Shown: piece by piece, positions 36,884 to 50,059 of the stretch
Position numbering within the stretch: the stretch's first letter is position 1
How the letters are laid out: each line of letters opens with the position of its first letter
Source: Klebsormidium nitens
Taxonomy: Eukaryota > Plantae > Klebsormidiophyceae
Reading direction: 5' to 3'
Length of the DNA: 64,000 bases
Assembly (NCBI GenBank): GCA_000708835.1
Contig: DF237266.1
Location: 1 to 64,000, forward strand
Notes under the pieces: model-generated
Databases searched by the model: none
Seen by the model: only the letters and a program-made list of their open reading frames with translations
What the model was told of the DNA's origin: nothing
Position numbers and translations under genes: made by a program

Positions 36884-39800
36884 TTACTGCTGTGGCGCCT
36901 CAAGCTCATCTAGATCCTTTTCTTCAAATCTAGAAGCCTGCAAGTTGGAAAGAAAAGACAGTTTTTGGCAGCCCCAAAAGCGGGGTTCGATCGCCGGCTT
37001 AGCCAAAGAGCTTGGACGGAACAAGGTAACTCAACAAGTCCGCTATATTGGACGAGGTTCATACAAAAGGCACAAGGGAAACACGACTTCTAGGATCCAC
37101 ATATCGCCGAGGAACACGACTGATCCGGTCAAAGGGTTGAAAGCAAAGGGATCCAGTAATTCTTGCAACGTGAAGAATATGAAGAGCCGAAGCAGCCAGG
37201 TTAGAAGTCAGAGTTCTAGAGTAGGGATTCATGTCGACCCACATGCAGACCACGCTGACTTCCAAGTGAACCGATGGCTGGAGAGCTTCGAAAGTAAAGA
37301 AACTGATCAGCCAAAGAAACAAGGGAAGAGTGACACACGATGTTCATGCATCCGCGACAACTCACCTTGGTCTCCTTAGGGAAGCACAAGGTCGCGATTG
37401 CGGCTATTAGTGGCACCGCACAGAAGAGCCCCACAGCGAGACCCTGCAGAATGATCATGACAGCGTACCGGTCAGCGGACTGAACGACCACCGCTCTGAC
37501 GGAAGGACGAGGGGCGCACAGGTTACAAACAGGCACAACTGCTTAGGTGATGAGCACATGGCGGGAGTCGCGCTACGGAAGGCCTAGCATTTGCCCGATC
37601 CGACTCTTGGAATATGTCGAACTTCAGAAATCGCTTCAGATGCAAAGGCGCAGAAGACCTTGGAGAGTCGGGGCTCTTTTGAGCGAAATGCAAAGAGTTT
37701 TCTCGGCGCAGATTTAACATTGGGTCGACTTCAAACTGAGGATCGCCGTGCAGCATACTCTGAATTTGTGCGGCTATCACCGGGTGCGTTCGGCCTAGCG
37801 TCCCTTGCGGAACCGCCAGCGTAGTGCTAGACTCCGACCAAAGACGCTTGCAGGAATATGCAACGTCCCGCAGCCAAAGCACTCGTTTCCTTGCTTGGAA
37901 ACGTGGTACGATAGCATGCGAAACTGACGTTTTCGTAAGTAAGCACGTTGGAAGCACCTGAAGCGCAGGCACTCACCCGTTGGCAGGAAGCAATAAGGTC
38001 AACGGCGACGAAGGGGCAAACGAAGCCGCCTAATCTGCGAAGGGACAGAAAAGGCTTCAGAAACGCAGTCTTTGGAAAAGGTCAGTTTGTATAAGGCATC
38101 CAGTCCCACAATGAGTATCTCAGCAGAAGCTCATGCGGTAGCAACGACGTCCAGATTGGAAACCAATCAGAAGGATATCAAGATCAGACATCAAAGGTAC
38201 TAGGTCGTTCAGAATGTTCTCATACGCGTCATTTGGGGGGGAGCAGATAGGTTTCAGCAGAACTGCCGGTGAAGCTATGGCAGCAGAGTTACATTCTTAG
38301 AAAGGCAGGAAGTCCAGAAAAGTGCGCATGGCGAACCAGTCGCATTCCGCTATCAAGACGATACGTCAGTGGCGAGTTCACTTCGTTACAAGGCACCGTA
38401 CAACAATCCTAATGACCTGGTGAATTGAGTATTCATGTGCCACGACGGCCGACGTTACCTAGCGAAGCCGTTCCCCACCCCAAGCCCAGTCGAGCGGACA
38501 GCCGTCGGATACAGCTCAGGTCCATCTGCGGACGACACGTGTTGAATCAACAAGCATCAAGGAGAAAAGATTGGAGGCTATGAATGAGGAAAGCAATTAG
38601 GGAAACGTATGGAAGGATGGAATCTTGCAGGCGTGGTGCAATAATTCTGCTGTTTCGCAGACACACCGACACAATCTAATGAAAGTTGGGCGCGCAAAGC
38701 AGACCACTGCTAACGGATAGTCTGGTTTCATACATTTCCGCTGCTTTCCAGCAACTCAGACCGAGCGCGAAGGAAAGGCTACGTGCCTGTCTGAAATGAA
38801 CTGTGAGGTCGAGCGAAAAATTGCGGCAAATTACTCACAGGCCCAAATCACCGAGAAGGAACCCTGGATCGCGGCGCGTGCGCCTGCAAAACGTTTGGTT
38901 GTTCAGGTTTATACCCCACGTAACATTAAATCCTGAATGCTTGCCTTGGAAAACGCTACGGAGACGAGAGACGTCTCCTCAAAGAAGGACGTATTGTACT
39001 GAACACGAGCGTGCACTCATAAAGCGACTCGGCACAAAAAGCCGGGACTGCACAAGAGGGACTAAAATCGTGTGACAAGGCCTTGTGACAAAGGGGCTAT
39101 GAAGATCGAAATCTGACAACAGCTTTGGACCAAAGCAGACGAGCGGGAGAATTGAACCACGGGCGACGTATGATGGGAGGTCGGTACTTCGAGAGGAAAA
39201 TATTCTGAAACAGACTATGCCTCGAACCATACAACGAGCCTCACCAAAAAGCAGGAGGGTTGTCAGGGACTCCGATAGCGTATGGAGGAGCGGCAGCAGG
39301 CAGGCACTGCTGAACAGCAGCATACCGAAAAGACTCCTGCAAATGCACACAGGTTGAAAAGCGGCTTTTAAAGGTTTACTAGAACTTCGCTGGAATTTCA
39401 AGCATTGATTTCAAATCTGACGAGGGATTCGGCATCGAGTGTGCCGGGGTCTAGGTTTGAAGGGACCATCACGAGAGGGCGGACAAAGATGGGATGCATT
39501 GACAGCACCAGGGGAGTGCGCGCACCAACAATGAGTCGCAGCTCGAACGGGCGTGCAAGAAGGAACGCATCTTCATGCCCCTGCTGTCACCATTGCTACT
39601 TTGAGACGGGCTGAACATCACCGCAACAATCTGGGCGAAGAGGGAAGTTTCTCAATCTAGTAATAAACCAACAAGACATCCTAAGCAGCCTGTACTGCTT
39701 TCAAAAGATGAATTGAATTCAGGCTCGCGGCTTCTGGTAGTTACGACAAGAAAAGGCTGCAAGATGCAAGCCTCACCTCTTCCGTCCCACGACGTCAATC

Positions 39801-42800
39801 ATCAGCGCGGCAATGAGCGTACCAGGGAACTCAGCACAGCTGCACAAGACGCGCGATAAAAGAATAATGAAAGCTCGGAATGCGAGATTCTCGCAGTTGT
39901 TGAAGTAACTCGTCGTCCAAACAAAGGCACACAAAACCGCATGTTATGCCAGGCACTGAAGCACGTAATCAACATCTTCGGCGCCCAGAATCCGAACGAA
40001 GTACCTTGTAATCAGCACGTCCCGGTATGCAGAGTTGTCCATGATCGGTAGGCCCTCTGCGCTGCATTGGACCTGCTTGCTGTCCTGCCCGCAATCCTCC
40101 CCAGTCGTACCACTCAACCCGGGCCGCTTTGACCCGATCTGGGTCGTCAAAAGCACAAGACCTGACGACGTGCAAAAGTGAATACTCGTGAGCGAGTCAG
40201 CAACGTTGGAGTTGGACAAGAAGGAGGCTGAGGCCAACGAAACCAACGGGGTGGTTGACGGGGGCCAATTCTATAATCGAAAAACCCAGCCGTGCTTTGC
40301 AATCTTCATGCCCGTTGCCGCTGCAGGAGTGGAAAGAGGTTCTCTCTCCTTCGAACGTTTTTGAGACGGATCTTTTATAGAAGTCTCGATTCCGTCTGGT
40401 GATGATGGCCCAGAAAGATCGTGTCGTACCAGCACACGTTTCAACTGAACGACTCGAAGAAACCGGGTACCCGTACTCCGAAGTGAACTCGGTGCAAAAA
40501 AGGCGGATTGCCGCTCGCAAAATGCTCACCGTAGTATGTGAATGCGCACGCGAAAAAGACCAGCCACAGAATGACGGTGGATCTCCATAGGGACGGGCTC
40601 AACAGGTCCCTTAGCAGCGCCGCTGCGTCTGCGAGGGGCCGCTTCTGAGTGGTCCGCTTCTCATCCTCGTGTCCCCCAGGGGCCGGAATCTTTTGATACC
40701 CACTCACCCTCCGCTTCTGGGGCGATAGATTCCCTGCACGGGAGATGCACCAACTTATATACGGGAACGGATGTAACTAGGGGCGCGATGACTGAGAAGC
40801 GCCGAGGCACAACAAAAACTCGTCAAAAATGGGAGAGTGAAGGACTGAAGCGAAACGTACAGAAGAGTGGAGGCAACAAGGTTGACAAGAACCGAAGAGG
40901 TTCCTCTTGCGGGCAGCGCTGACTGGGCGAGCTCGGAAACGACGCAAAATCAACATAGTCAGTCGTGCATGCAATCTGCTTGACTACTTGCCCCTGCTCA
41001 TAGAAGCCATTGCTTCTTGTCAGCGATTCGCAACAAGCACAAAGAAAACGCATTTACCAGATTTCCAGTCCGGAGAGCAACAGCTTTTGAAGGAGGACAC
41101 GCATGCTTTTCAAAGGGTGATTCCTCACTTTCAAAGACGGACTGGGGCACTGTACCGGGCACCTCCGTCGGGTGCTCGGGGGAAGGCCGGTCCTTAGGAT
41201 GGCTGTGAACAAGCCGGCCAGGAGGCAGGCTCTTTCTATTTCTAACCGCCATCCGTTGCAACACAGCAAGTGACGACTTTTCTCGTCCCTTGACCTGGAT
41301 GTTGAAAAAATCACCATCGGTTCTTTCGAGATAACGGGAAGCCAAATGAAGAGGCTTGAATGTTTCGTCAAGAAGGTTCCTCTGGGTTGCGGCTTATCAA
41401 ACAATCTCATGAATGAACGTCTCCTCCAGATTCATTTCGTTGCTGAGTCCTCGGCGGTCGCTTTCTCGAGCCGACTTGGGCCTAAAAGAAGGTGAGTAGC
41501 TTAGCACCCTACGTCAAAATTGTTGCGCTTAGACTTAATGCATCCGTTCAAACAAACATCTGAATGGAACAAGGTCATACCGCAAGAAGAGCGCAAGGAG
41601 CATGTTTGCAGCAGCCATGAGGGCATCCCAATAACCACCAAGAAGCTGCTGGTGGGGCCACAATTGTGACAGATAAACGACTGGCTTACCATCAAATAGC
41701 GGGGCGACTCAGGGAGCACTGGATAAAAGATGAGGAGGAGAAGAAATGGGGTGGCAGAGAATGCAACCAGCCACCTGTACACGAGGGGACAGGTGTCAAC
41801 ATGCTGAGGGGGAAAGTAGACTTGTGAGTCCTGAAACGGCCGTGATAGTCCAAAAATTGACTTGCCTAGCTGTACGAAACATTCAGGCAATTGCATCGTG
41901 ATGGCAAGTAAGAATATGCATAATCTTTTGTCGATGCAAGCAGGACAACCGCGGATTCCGAAAGTGTCGGCTTACGTGTGTCCGAGATTAGGGGCCAAGC
42001 TCCCTGATATAAAGAGCTGTCGGGAAGGCGGATCAGGAGACTGGCAACATCTCCAACTCTGATACATTTTTGCATATCGGATCATCACACTTGTCCCCTC
42101 TTCGATTAACAGAACGCGTAAATGAGATGAATCAGTGACCAGAATGGCCTTGACCAAGTGTCGCTGTGCGAGATGCAACCTTTGGACCTCAGTTTCGCCT
42201 CCAAAACCCTGTTGGTCAGCCAAAGTCAGTCTCACTTTGTTGCAACTTGGGACTTCCGATGCACAGAGCATGAAAAAACCGTCGCGCGTGTTCTGCTGCC
42301 CTTGTCCTTCTGATTCAATCTCTCAATCATGCTTGCAGCTCTTAGGCCGTTTGACTACTCCGGACAACTAAAATGGTCGGAGTAGTCAACTTTCCATCGA
42401 ACAGAGGATTGAGAATCGCAGCGCTCGTGGGTTCTGAGCGTCCGTCGAACTCAAGTGGAAAAGGGTAACCAAACAATAAAGACCTCGTACTCACCTCCAT
42501 TGGAGGGTGGGCATGACGATCCACGCCAGCAGAGCCTGCGCAACCGAGCCAATCTGCAGACAAGACGGGAGCTGCGAGCATGACTACAAGTCGAACGAAG
42601 TAACGTACGAGGGACCACTCGAGGACTGTCAACTTCTGTACGTCAAAGGGGATTAGTAGGACGATAAGAACAACGGAGACAGTCGGTGAATCCGGGAACA
42701 ACGAACAAATATACGAAATGTTGCTCCGCTGAGATGAACCTAGTTGCTGAGTCAGAAATGTGGAACGCGGCAATCTGTACTTCATAGGATGCAGAACACG

Positions 42801-44594
42801 ATGCGATCCTCATTTGAATAGGAAAGGCCACTCACCGTCCAGAAGAATTCGACACACACTAGCCAGAAGCCCCTTCTTGACGACGGAATGAATTCCATGA
42901 AGAGAGAAAAGATTACACTCCCGCCCCCCAATCCAAACCCTACCAACGCCCGGGACACCAGTAGGAACCAGTAGGCGGGCGAAACGGCACTGCAAATAGA
43001 TGTGAAATCTTCGACACCGAGCTTAAAAGCGTGATTGAACGGGTTGGTTCATTCTAATACTCTCGCAAACTTCCGATCTGGACAAAATTGGATCCTTCCA
43101 TCAAAGGAAAGGACGGAAGGTTGCCTTGCATTCGCAAGATGCAACTCAACAAGATATCGAACATTGGAAAACTATGAAAAGCTTCCTGACCTTTTTTGTG
43201 ATTTCGTGATTCGGATAGACGAGTTGGGAACAATTGACTCGTACTCACCTAAGGAGCCCAAATACGAGAGTGAATACAGCGGTCGCGAAGAAGCCAACTC
43301 GCCGCCCCCATTCATCAGAGACGATGCCCCAGCAGTTCGATCCCCTGTAAGCAAGAGGATTAGCATCGTCTCTTCCTGTCAGGCACAAGGACACGGATCC
43401 CACCTCGAAAGCTGAACAATTTGGCAGTTTGAGATGTTCGGGAAGAAAGCTCCACTCTCATCATGGATGTCTGTCACGACTAGAAATATTTGCGCCAGAA
43501 TGTGCCATAACTGGCAAAAGCAGTGGCTGGATCCTCTACCACCATGGTCAGAACGTTCTCGAAGTAACTGCTGGAGCTCCTCTTGATCACTCACAGGAAG
43601 ACGCCTAGGAATACTGCGCTTGATATGGCCCCTTCTTGAGCAGGGCTTAAGTGCCATTCGCACCGAGCCTGCAGGACATGTACCACTTGTGAATGTTAAC
43701 ATGCTTTTGTTCAAGCCCGATGAGATTGACCCAGCCTAAAGTAAAAACGCGGAAGGGAAATTTTCACAGCAGTAAAACCCACTGATATTTGCAGAGAGTC
43801 AGCAGTCCTCTTTTATGGAAGCTGTCTAAGAAGATTGACTTCTCCTCAGGCTAAGAAACAACTGGCAACGTGATCATATTGACCGAGTCTGCGCGAGGCA
43901 AACATAGAGTAATCTGTACAGCAACGCTTGTGGTGCGTCAGGTAACAAGCTGCCCCTGAGCCAGTCAGGTGGACTGGTACAAGAGCATAAAGACATGGTT
44001 TGTATAGCTCACAGCAGGTCCCACGTATGATAGGAGGATCATCTCGCACGCATCTGCCAGCCATGCTGTGCCAGTATACAGAAGCAACATAGTATGGAAT
44101 GGTCCAAAGCCTGCACACGCGGACTCTACATCAGTACACGCCAGAGTCTTGAGTCCAGGTTTGTGAAGGGCTGATGATCAAGCAGAAATAGCTGACCAGA
44201 TTCGTGCAATGCAAAGTGCCCCTTTTCCCATCGGTCAGCTGAAGCGAGCTCAGGTGTCTAGGTACAGTGAGTCTAATCAAACATAAGATCTGTAGCGATT
44301 TTCTGAAACCTGAACATATTATCATCTCACTCCCGCAGTTCAGAGTTCCTGCTGCAAGTCAAGGCACTCTAAGGCTGCTCACACAACCAGCCGGGGTGGA
44401 ACCTTGTCACATCTCTCACTTTATCCAGGATCCTCAGATTATTGTTGGGTCTGCAGAGACATTAGCTGGGGCTTACCAGAAGCTTCAATGGCATCCTCCA
44501 CAGTGTACACCCCAGCGCTGTCTTCGTCTGTGGGCTGTGCAATTCCCTGTTCTGCTTCATCCTCTTCTGCTATCTCAAGCCTGCCGTCAACCAT
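36884..44594 (-). CDS. MFS transporter, SVOP / organic cation-carnitine transporter 7-like
   Basis: YTVEDAIEASG, AWLADACEMILLSYVGPAV, GRRVGFFATAVFTLVFGLL, FMEFIPSSRRGFWLVCVEFFWT, YRWLVAFSATPFLLLLIFYPVLPESPRYL, LLSPSLWRSTVILWLVFFACAFTYYG, AYRDVLIT-SAEFPGTLIAALMIDVVGRK, RLGGFVCPFVAV, AIATLCFPKETK. The terminal exon and stop are approximate. Confidence 0.85.
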
Positions 44595-45603
44595 GGCGGC
44601 AGTCCTCGTGGTCTCTATCTCTAAATAACTAGCTGGGGGTGCCATTGAAGAAGCTTACTAAGGTCCTTAAGCCTTTGCTACTGAACAAGGTCATCTTTTG
44701 GTGGAAAGCTTGGAGAACCAACAAAAGTCTCTGCCAGACAGATTCTATGGGTCACCCTTTTGTACAAATTGACAGTTATCTGTATTCTGACCAGTTTCAG
44801 AGGACAGCAATGCATCTAAAATTTTGAAAGCTCAACTGGGGGCATCGCCACTCTGGCACTCTTAGCGACACTGAGTCAAGGGGCAGTATGATCAATTGTG
44901 AGGAAAGCAATCAAAGTCTTCAAGGCAGAGATGCAGCAACACAAACAACTTGTGGAGAGCGGCAATCCGTCCAACTCAGAAAGTCAACTAACACTGTCTG
45001 CAGTAGAATTCCTCACTTCCTTCATTCAGCTCCAGAAGCGGCGCCAATCAGTCTGAATGTATAGGCACTTAATGCCCGTCATTCCCCCGTTCTTTCCCAC
45101 TGAGCCAGCAATGAATTTGAAGGGGAAGGCCCCTTATTGAACAATCTGCTGCTTTTCGTCAGGGCTGTCTAACTCTAAGCTTAGCTAGCACCTCCCAGCA
45201 CCTCCTGTTTCCTCAAAAGTTGTATCGTCTGCACTAACTTAGTTGTGCCATTGGAAGTTGTGCCCCAGGTTCCAACACCTAAGAAACAAACCAAAAAATT
45301 GGAGATTGATTTCAAAATCCAGGTAATTCGGATCTCAAATAACCACGATCAGCTTCATCATCGGCAACGTTGACTGTTGCGGTTTAACGGAGATTTGACT
45401 CTGAAAACAAAGTTCCGAATAAGTGGTGAAAATCTGATAGCCATATGATATTGCCTGGCTTCTGTCAGGCATAAGCGGCTGGGAACTCGTGCCGAGGCGA
45501 GCTGCATGGTTCTTGTCAATGGGATGCTCACTTGCATGGCATCGAAGGCTTCAACTTCAAGTTCAAGGCTGGCGTGAGAACGTGAAGACGACAGGGGGAT
45601 GCA

Positions 45604-48600
45604 ATGGCGGCTCATGCTGTTAAGCTGCAGGGCTTCGCGACCCCGTCTGGTCTAACTACCACCAGAGCTGCTTCCTGGAGGGAATGTCAGAGGACAAAGT
45701 TGGTGGCAACCCGCCCAGGCCAATATCTGCATAAAGGTAGGACAGAACGATGATGAAATGGCAATCTGTGCGTGCTGCTTGTTGCCTTTCTTCGGCGCGA
45801 GGTGTGCTGCATTGAAGGTTGCGATTATCCAGAACAAGGGTGGTAGTTTGGGTAGCACCACCGCCACCATCAAAATGAAAGTGCGCACCACATTGTCCAA
45901 GGTTGGAGATGACTCAAAACATCCAGCATTGCATCTTCACCGTATGAATTGATTTTGGAAAAAGTATCTCTTCAGACAGTGCTGGCCAGGCCAGACAAGG
46001 AGCAGAGGGTCATAAAGCCTGGTCCTATGAAGTGTTGAGGTAGTGAAGGTGGAATCTCCTCTTCTTGCAAAGATTATTAACAGGGTGCTCCACAGGGTTC
46101 AAATGTGTCCCTCCATTAAGAGAGCAGTGAGTCAATGACCGAAAATATGTGACTTCCTTTTCAAATACAGGAGAGACCCGGGGCAAAAGAGTAGCGGATG
46201 GAGCTGCCCGCTGTTGTAAGCAGGATGAGCAGGCAAAAGCAGAAGGTCATCAGAAGGCCGGCAGAAGGGATGTGCTTCTAGCAGGGGCTGCAGCGCTTGT
46301 GGCAGGCACAACGCTGCCGCGCGTGGCCCGCTCGGAAGATGCGCCAATTGTTGAGGGTGAGGAGAAATTGGCAGAAGCTGGAGGGGCAAGGTGGCTCTGG
46401 CTTTCTAGACAATCCAGTCTATCTTTTGACGAGAACAAGCTTTCCTCTGTGGATCGACGTTGAGCTTTCTCTGAAAGCTGACTCGTTAAGAGACCTTTCA
46501 GCACATTCTTGCAGAGGTGCATCAGGCGGCAACTGGCTTTTTGCTCCAGTGATTGTTTTTACCTCACCTCGATCAGTCAAGCGAGATAATCCCAAATATT
46601 GCGCAGAACATTGAGCCAGTTTCTTCTTGTTTGCACCCTGCAGCACCTAAGAACGTGTTTGGCCTTGGGGAGTCCCCCCCAATTTCCACAACCGTTGTTG
46701 AAGACACCTACAGATTTGGTGTGTTGAAGGACGATCTGAACGCGTATCAATTCAAGTACCCTTTGGAGACTGCAAAGAAAAGGGAAACATTGCCATGGTG
46801 AGACGTTGCCTCAATCTTTGATACATTGAGGCTGGACTTTGTGCAGAAGGACCGCTAAAGGTGGTGATATGTGTCCAGGTGACTTTGATAGGTGACCCTT
46901 TGCTTTCGTTTGTGCTCTCTCTTCCACACAACAAATAACTGCAGTGCTAGCAAATGGTTGGTGCAATCGTGATTAGTGTAAATATCTTCCACACAGATGT
47001 GCACAGGGCCCTCAACCGATACTCACTTGCCCTCGATATCTATGGGCCCAACCGTGCCTGTCTTTGAGGCTGGATCAATCTTTGAAGCTGGATCGATCTG
47101 CTCACTGAGATCACCGTTACCTGAAGACCTTCCCAGCACGGCTACTGTGACTCTCGTTGCCCGACGCCCCTTTAACGAAAAGCATCCTTGAAAATCCACA
47201 GCGTGCCCTTTGTCGAACAAGGTCAGATCATTTGCTTCTTGACTGTCCCTCCTGTTTTTCTGTGCGCAGGGTAGAGACGCGCGCACCTGAGCGGTACTCC
47301 TCCGCTGCGCCCATCTCTTCGGACGCCCGCCAACGCATCGTGAGTGAGCGGATAGACTTCACCAAAAGTGTCACCTGCACAGTCAGCGTCGGGCCCCCCA
47401 GTGAGATCTTCCTTAAGGGGACGGACCCCACGGGTTGGAAAGCAACGGCCGTGGCAAACTCGGTTCTAATGGTGAGTCTCGACCGGAGATCGAGATGATA
47501 ATTATGATGACAGTTTCCTACTCAGGTATGCAGAAGGCCCCCAAAAACTTTCAGGCTGCAGTACGAGACCCTAGCGTATCTGTGACGTCAGCATCAGGTC
47601 AGGCAGACCAGATCCGCAGTATGAGCGGCTCATCCTTGGTGGTTGCCTGCCCTTAGAGACTTAACTCAAAGACACTCAGGAGCACCCGAAAGCGTGCAAG
47701 ACGAGCCCTCGAGCACATCAGCATGTTTCTGTGGAGAAAGAGAGCTGTACAAACTCAGGACTGCAAACGTTTCATCTCTTCAGACTTGTGCAACGAGTTA
47801 TCCAGTCATCGCTTCTGAGACTCTTGTTTCATCCAGGACCGCTCCTCGAGGAGAATGTCGCAGGGTCAGCGGACGGCGGAGTCTGAGATAGAAGAGACGA
47901 GAACCAAGACGGTAAGGTCTTTGTCCTGCTCTGTGCGTAGTGTGAAAATGCTGGCAGGTTAACGGAATCGTGTCACAGGTTCAGCGGAGTAAAGCGGAGT
48001 CCTTCAGCGGTAGTAAAGCGGAAGTCAAGGAATATTCCAGCAGGGAAACGACATGGTATGATTTCCTGGGATCGTCCAGGAGCACAATGTAGTGGTTCGC
48101 CTCAAAATGCTTCTGGCCTGGATATAGTGTCCTTTCTAGAAGGTGGATGAGATGTGAAGTGTGCGTGACCAAACACGAAGGCTCAGTATAGAACGGGGGT
48201 CGCGAATGTGACTTGACACCTTGCTTTTTGAGTTTATCAGATCGATGGCGTCCCTTACTTCTTCTACGAACACATACAACAACGATCTCCAACGACCATT
48301 GAGAAAAGATCAGATACCTTCCGCCATTCATACGCTGTGACGGCGGAACGGGAGGGTAAGTTCTGCAATCCCTCGTCAGTGACTTCACACCGGAGCAGGC
48401 ATCGTTTTCAAGACGCATTCGCTGAAACTAGCCGCATCTTAAAGAGGCAGGACTTACATGGGGTCGTCCGTGCTTTCTTTGAACCCTATTGAAACGTTTT
48501 GACAGTCCCGTATCACTTTGTGCAGGGTATCTTTACACTTTGAACATCTCCACGCCCGACGTCTACTGGGAAGACGTGAGACTCTAATCAACATCTCATG

Positions 48601-48919
48601 GCATCTCATGCTTTCAGCTTTTTCTTTGTCGAAGCAGCAAGTATTTCAATAAATGGTCTGAGTGAGGCCTATATGCTGGACTGCCTTGTACTGGAAGGAA
48701 TCGGATGCTGAGCTTTGCCACAACCTGACGACTTTGACAGTCGGTCCATGTGAAGCGTTTAGTGGAGAAGGCTTGGTCCGTTCCTCCCAAAAATCACTGT
48801 ACGCCCTTTCGTATCCGCAGCTCGAGCCTGTCTTCCGACAAGCAGTAGAGTCCTTCCGTTTACTGCCGCCTACAAAGGATTACGTGCCCCCCTGGAAGGA
48901 CCCGTGGAGATTCTGGTAG
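45604..48919 (+). CDS. PPD7: PsbP domain-containing thylakoid lumen protein (PPD7-like)
   Basis: Twin-arginine signal RRDVLLAGAAALVAG. Then DDLNAYQFKYPLE, VETRAPERYSSAAPISSDARQRIVSERID, FFYEHIQQRSPT...VTAEREG-YLYTLN and the C-terminus VESFRLLPPTKDYVPPWKDPWRFW*, which resembles the plant PPD7 tail as I recall it. The start exon is inferred. Confidence 0.82.
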
Positions 48920-50059
48920 AGCCTTTGGCAATTGGTTGGTTCGCCTCCGAATTCAGGATTGGAGCAAGACATGATGGTCAAGTGCTTGCTGCTCAATTTC
49001 AACAACAGCGCGAGGCCCTGCATTCCTCTCCTGCCCGTTATTGTGCTAATTGATGGCCGTACCGCCGCCAATCCCTTCGCTTCAATTCCTTTTGGTATCC
49101 GGAAATTTGTGCATATGCTGCACTAGCCTCATGTCGAACTCGATCCAAGCTACACAGCATCCCAGCCACCACTGTCACCAGTGACTGGGTCAAGCTCTAG
49201 CCGAACTCATGTTCATGAGCGAGAATAATCAGTAGTAATGGAACTTCTTCTGCGAGAGCCTGATCGCCGCGCTTTGGGGAGCGGGAACTTGGTCAAAAGG
49301 ATGAGCCCACTGATTGTGCACTGTGATGCATGCAATACATGGCATTGGAATTTGAGTGCCGACATTGAGATATCGAGCGGCCGCAAGTCTGACATTCTGG
49401 AACTATATATGGGATCATCAGCATAAGCAACTTGATTTGGTAAGGTAGTTAGGCGTTCAAAACCCAAACAATTCCCATGTATGCCATGGAAGCCTATGGC
49501 TCATGTGGCTACGGCGTTTGAAAAGAGAACATCATTGCACATGTTCCTGAGACGCTGCTCACTGCTAGCTAGTACTCTAGCTTTCTGGGCTGCATGACGT
49601 TTGGCTTCTTGGCATCATCTCTCCAATTATAACATGTGGCCACACACGTATCTTGCCAGCCAGTTGACTGCAAGTGTATCCTGTATACCAACATACATGG
49701 ATCCTCTGAGGTCAATGGGCAATCGCGGTGGGTGTCAACACTGAACAATCCACGAGCTCGAGATCGATGGCCGTCCGGAAGGGATCCCTGGACTGACGGG
49801 AAGTGCCACGATTGATGTCCGCGGGAGCCGTTGCTTGAAATACCTTGCGGCAACGGCGGCAAACAAGCCGTTACCCCGAAGGAAAAGAACTAGATGGCGG
49901 CGAAGTGGGTCTCTGCAGCTACGCTGCAATGGCTGCAACTAACAAGTCCAGATTCAATTCCCTCTGGCTGCAGGCAGTTCAATTCCCTGCATCTGGTCGA
50001 GGAGAGCGCATTGAGACCTGACAGGAATTAGAGGAGTGCTGTGGTCATTTGAAGAAGCC

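Noticed and set aside
49100-50050. Hidden minus-strand gene that would complete the strand alternation between PPD7 and the Canopy-like gene
   Set aside because: Only short ORFs with no motif and no consistent splice chain are present, and the composition resembles other intergenic gaps.
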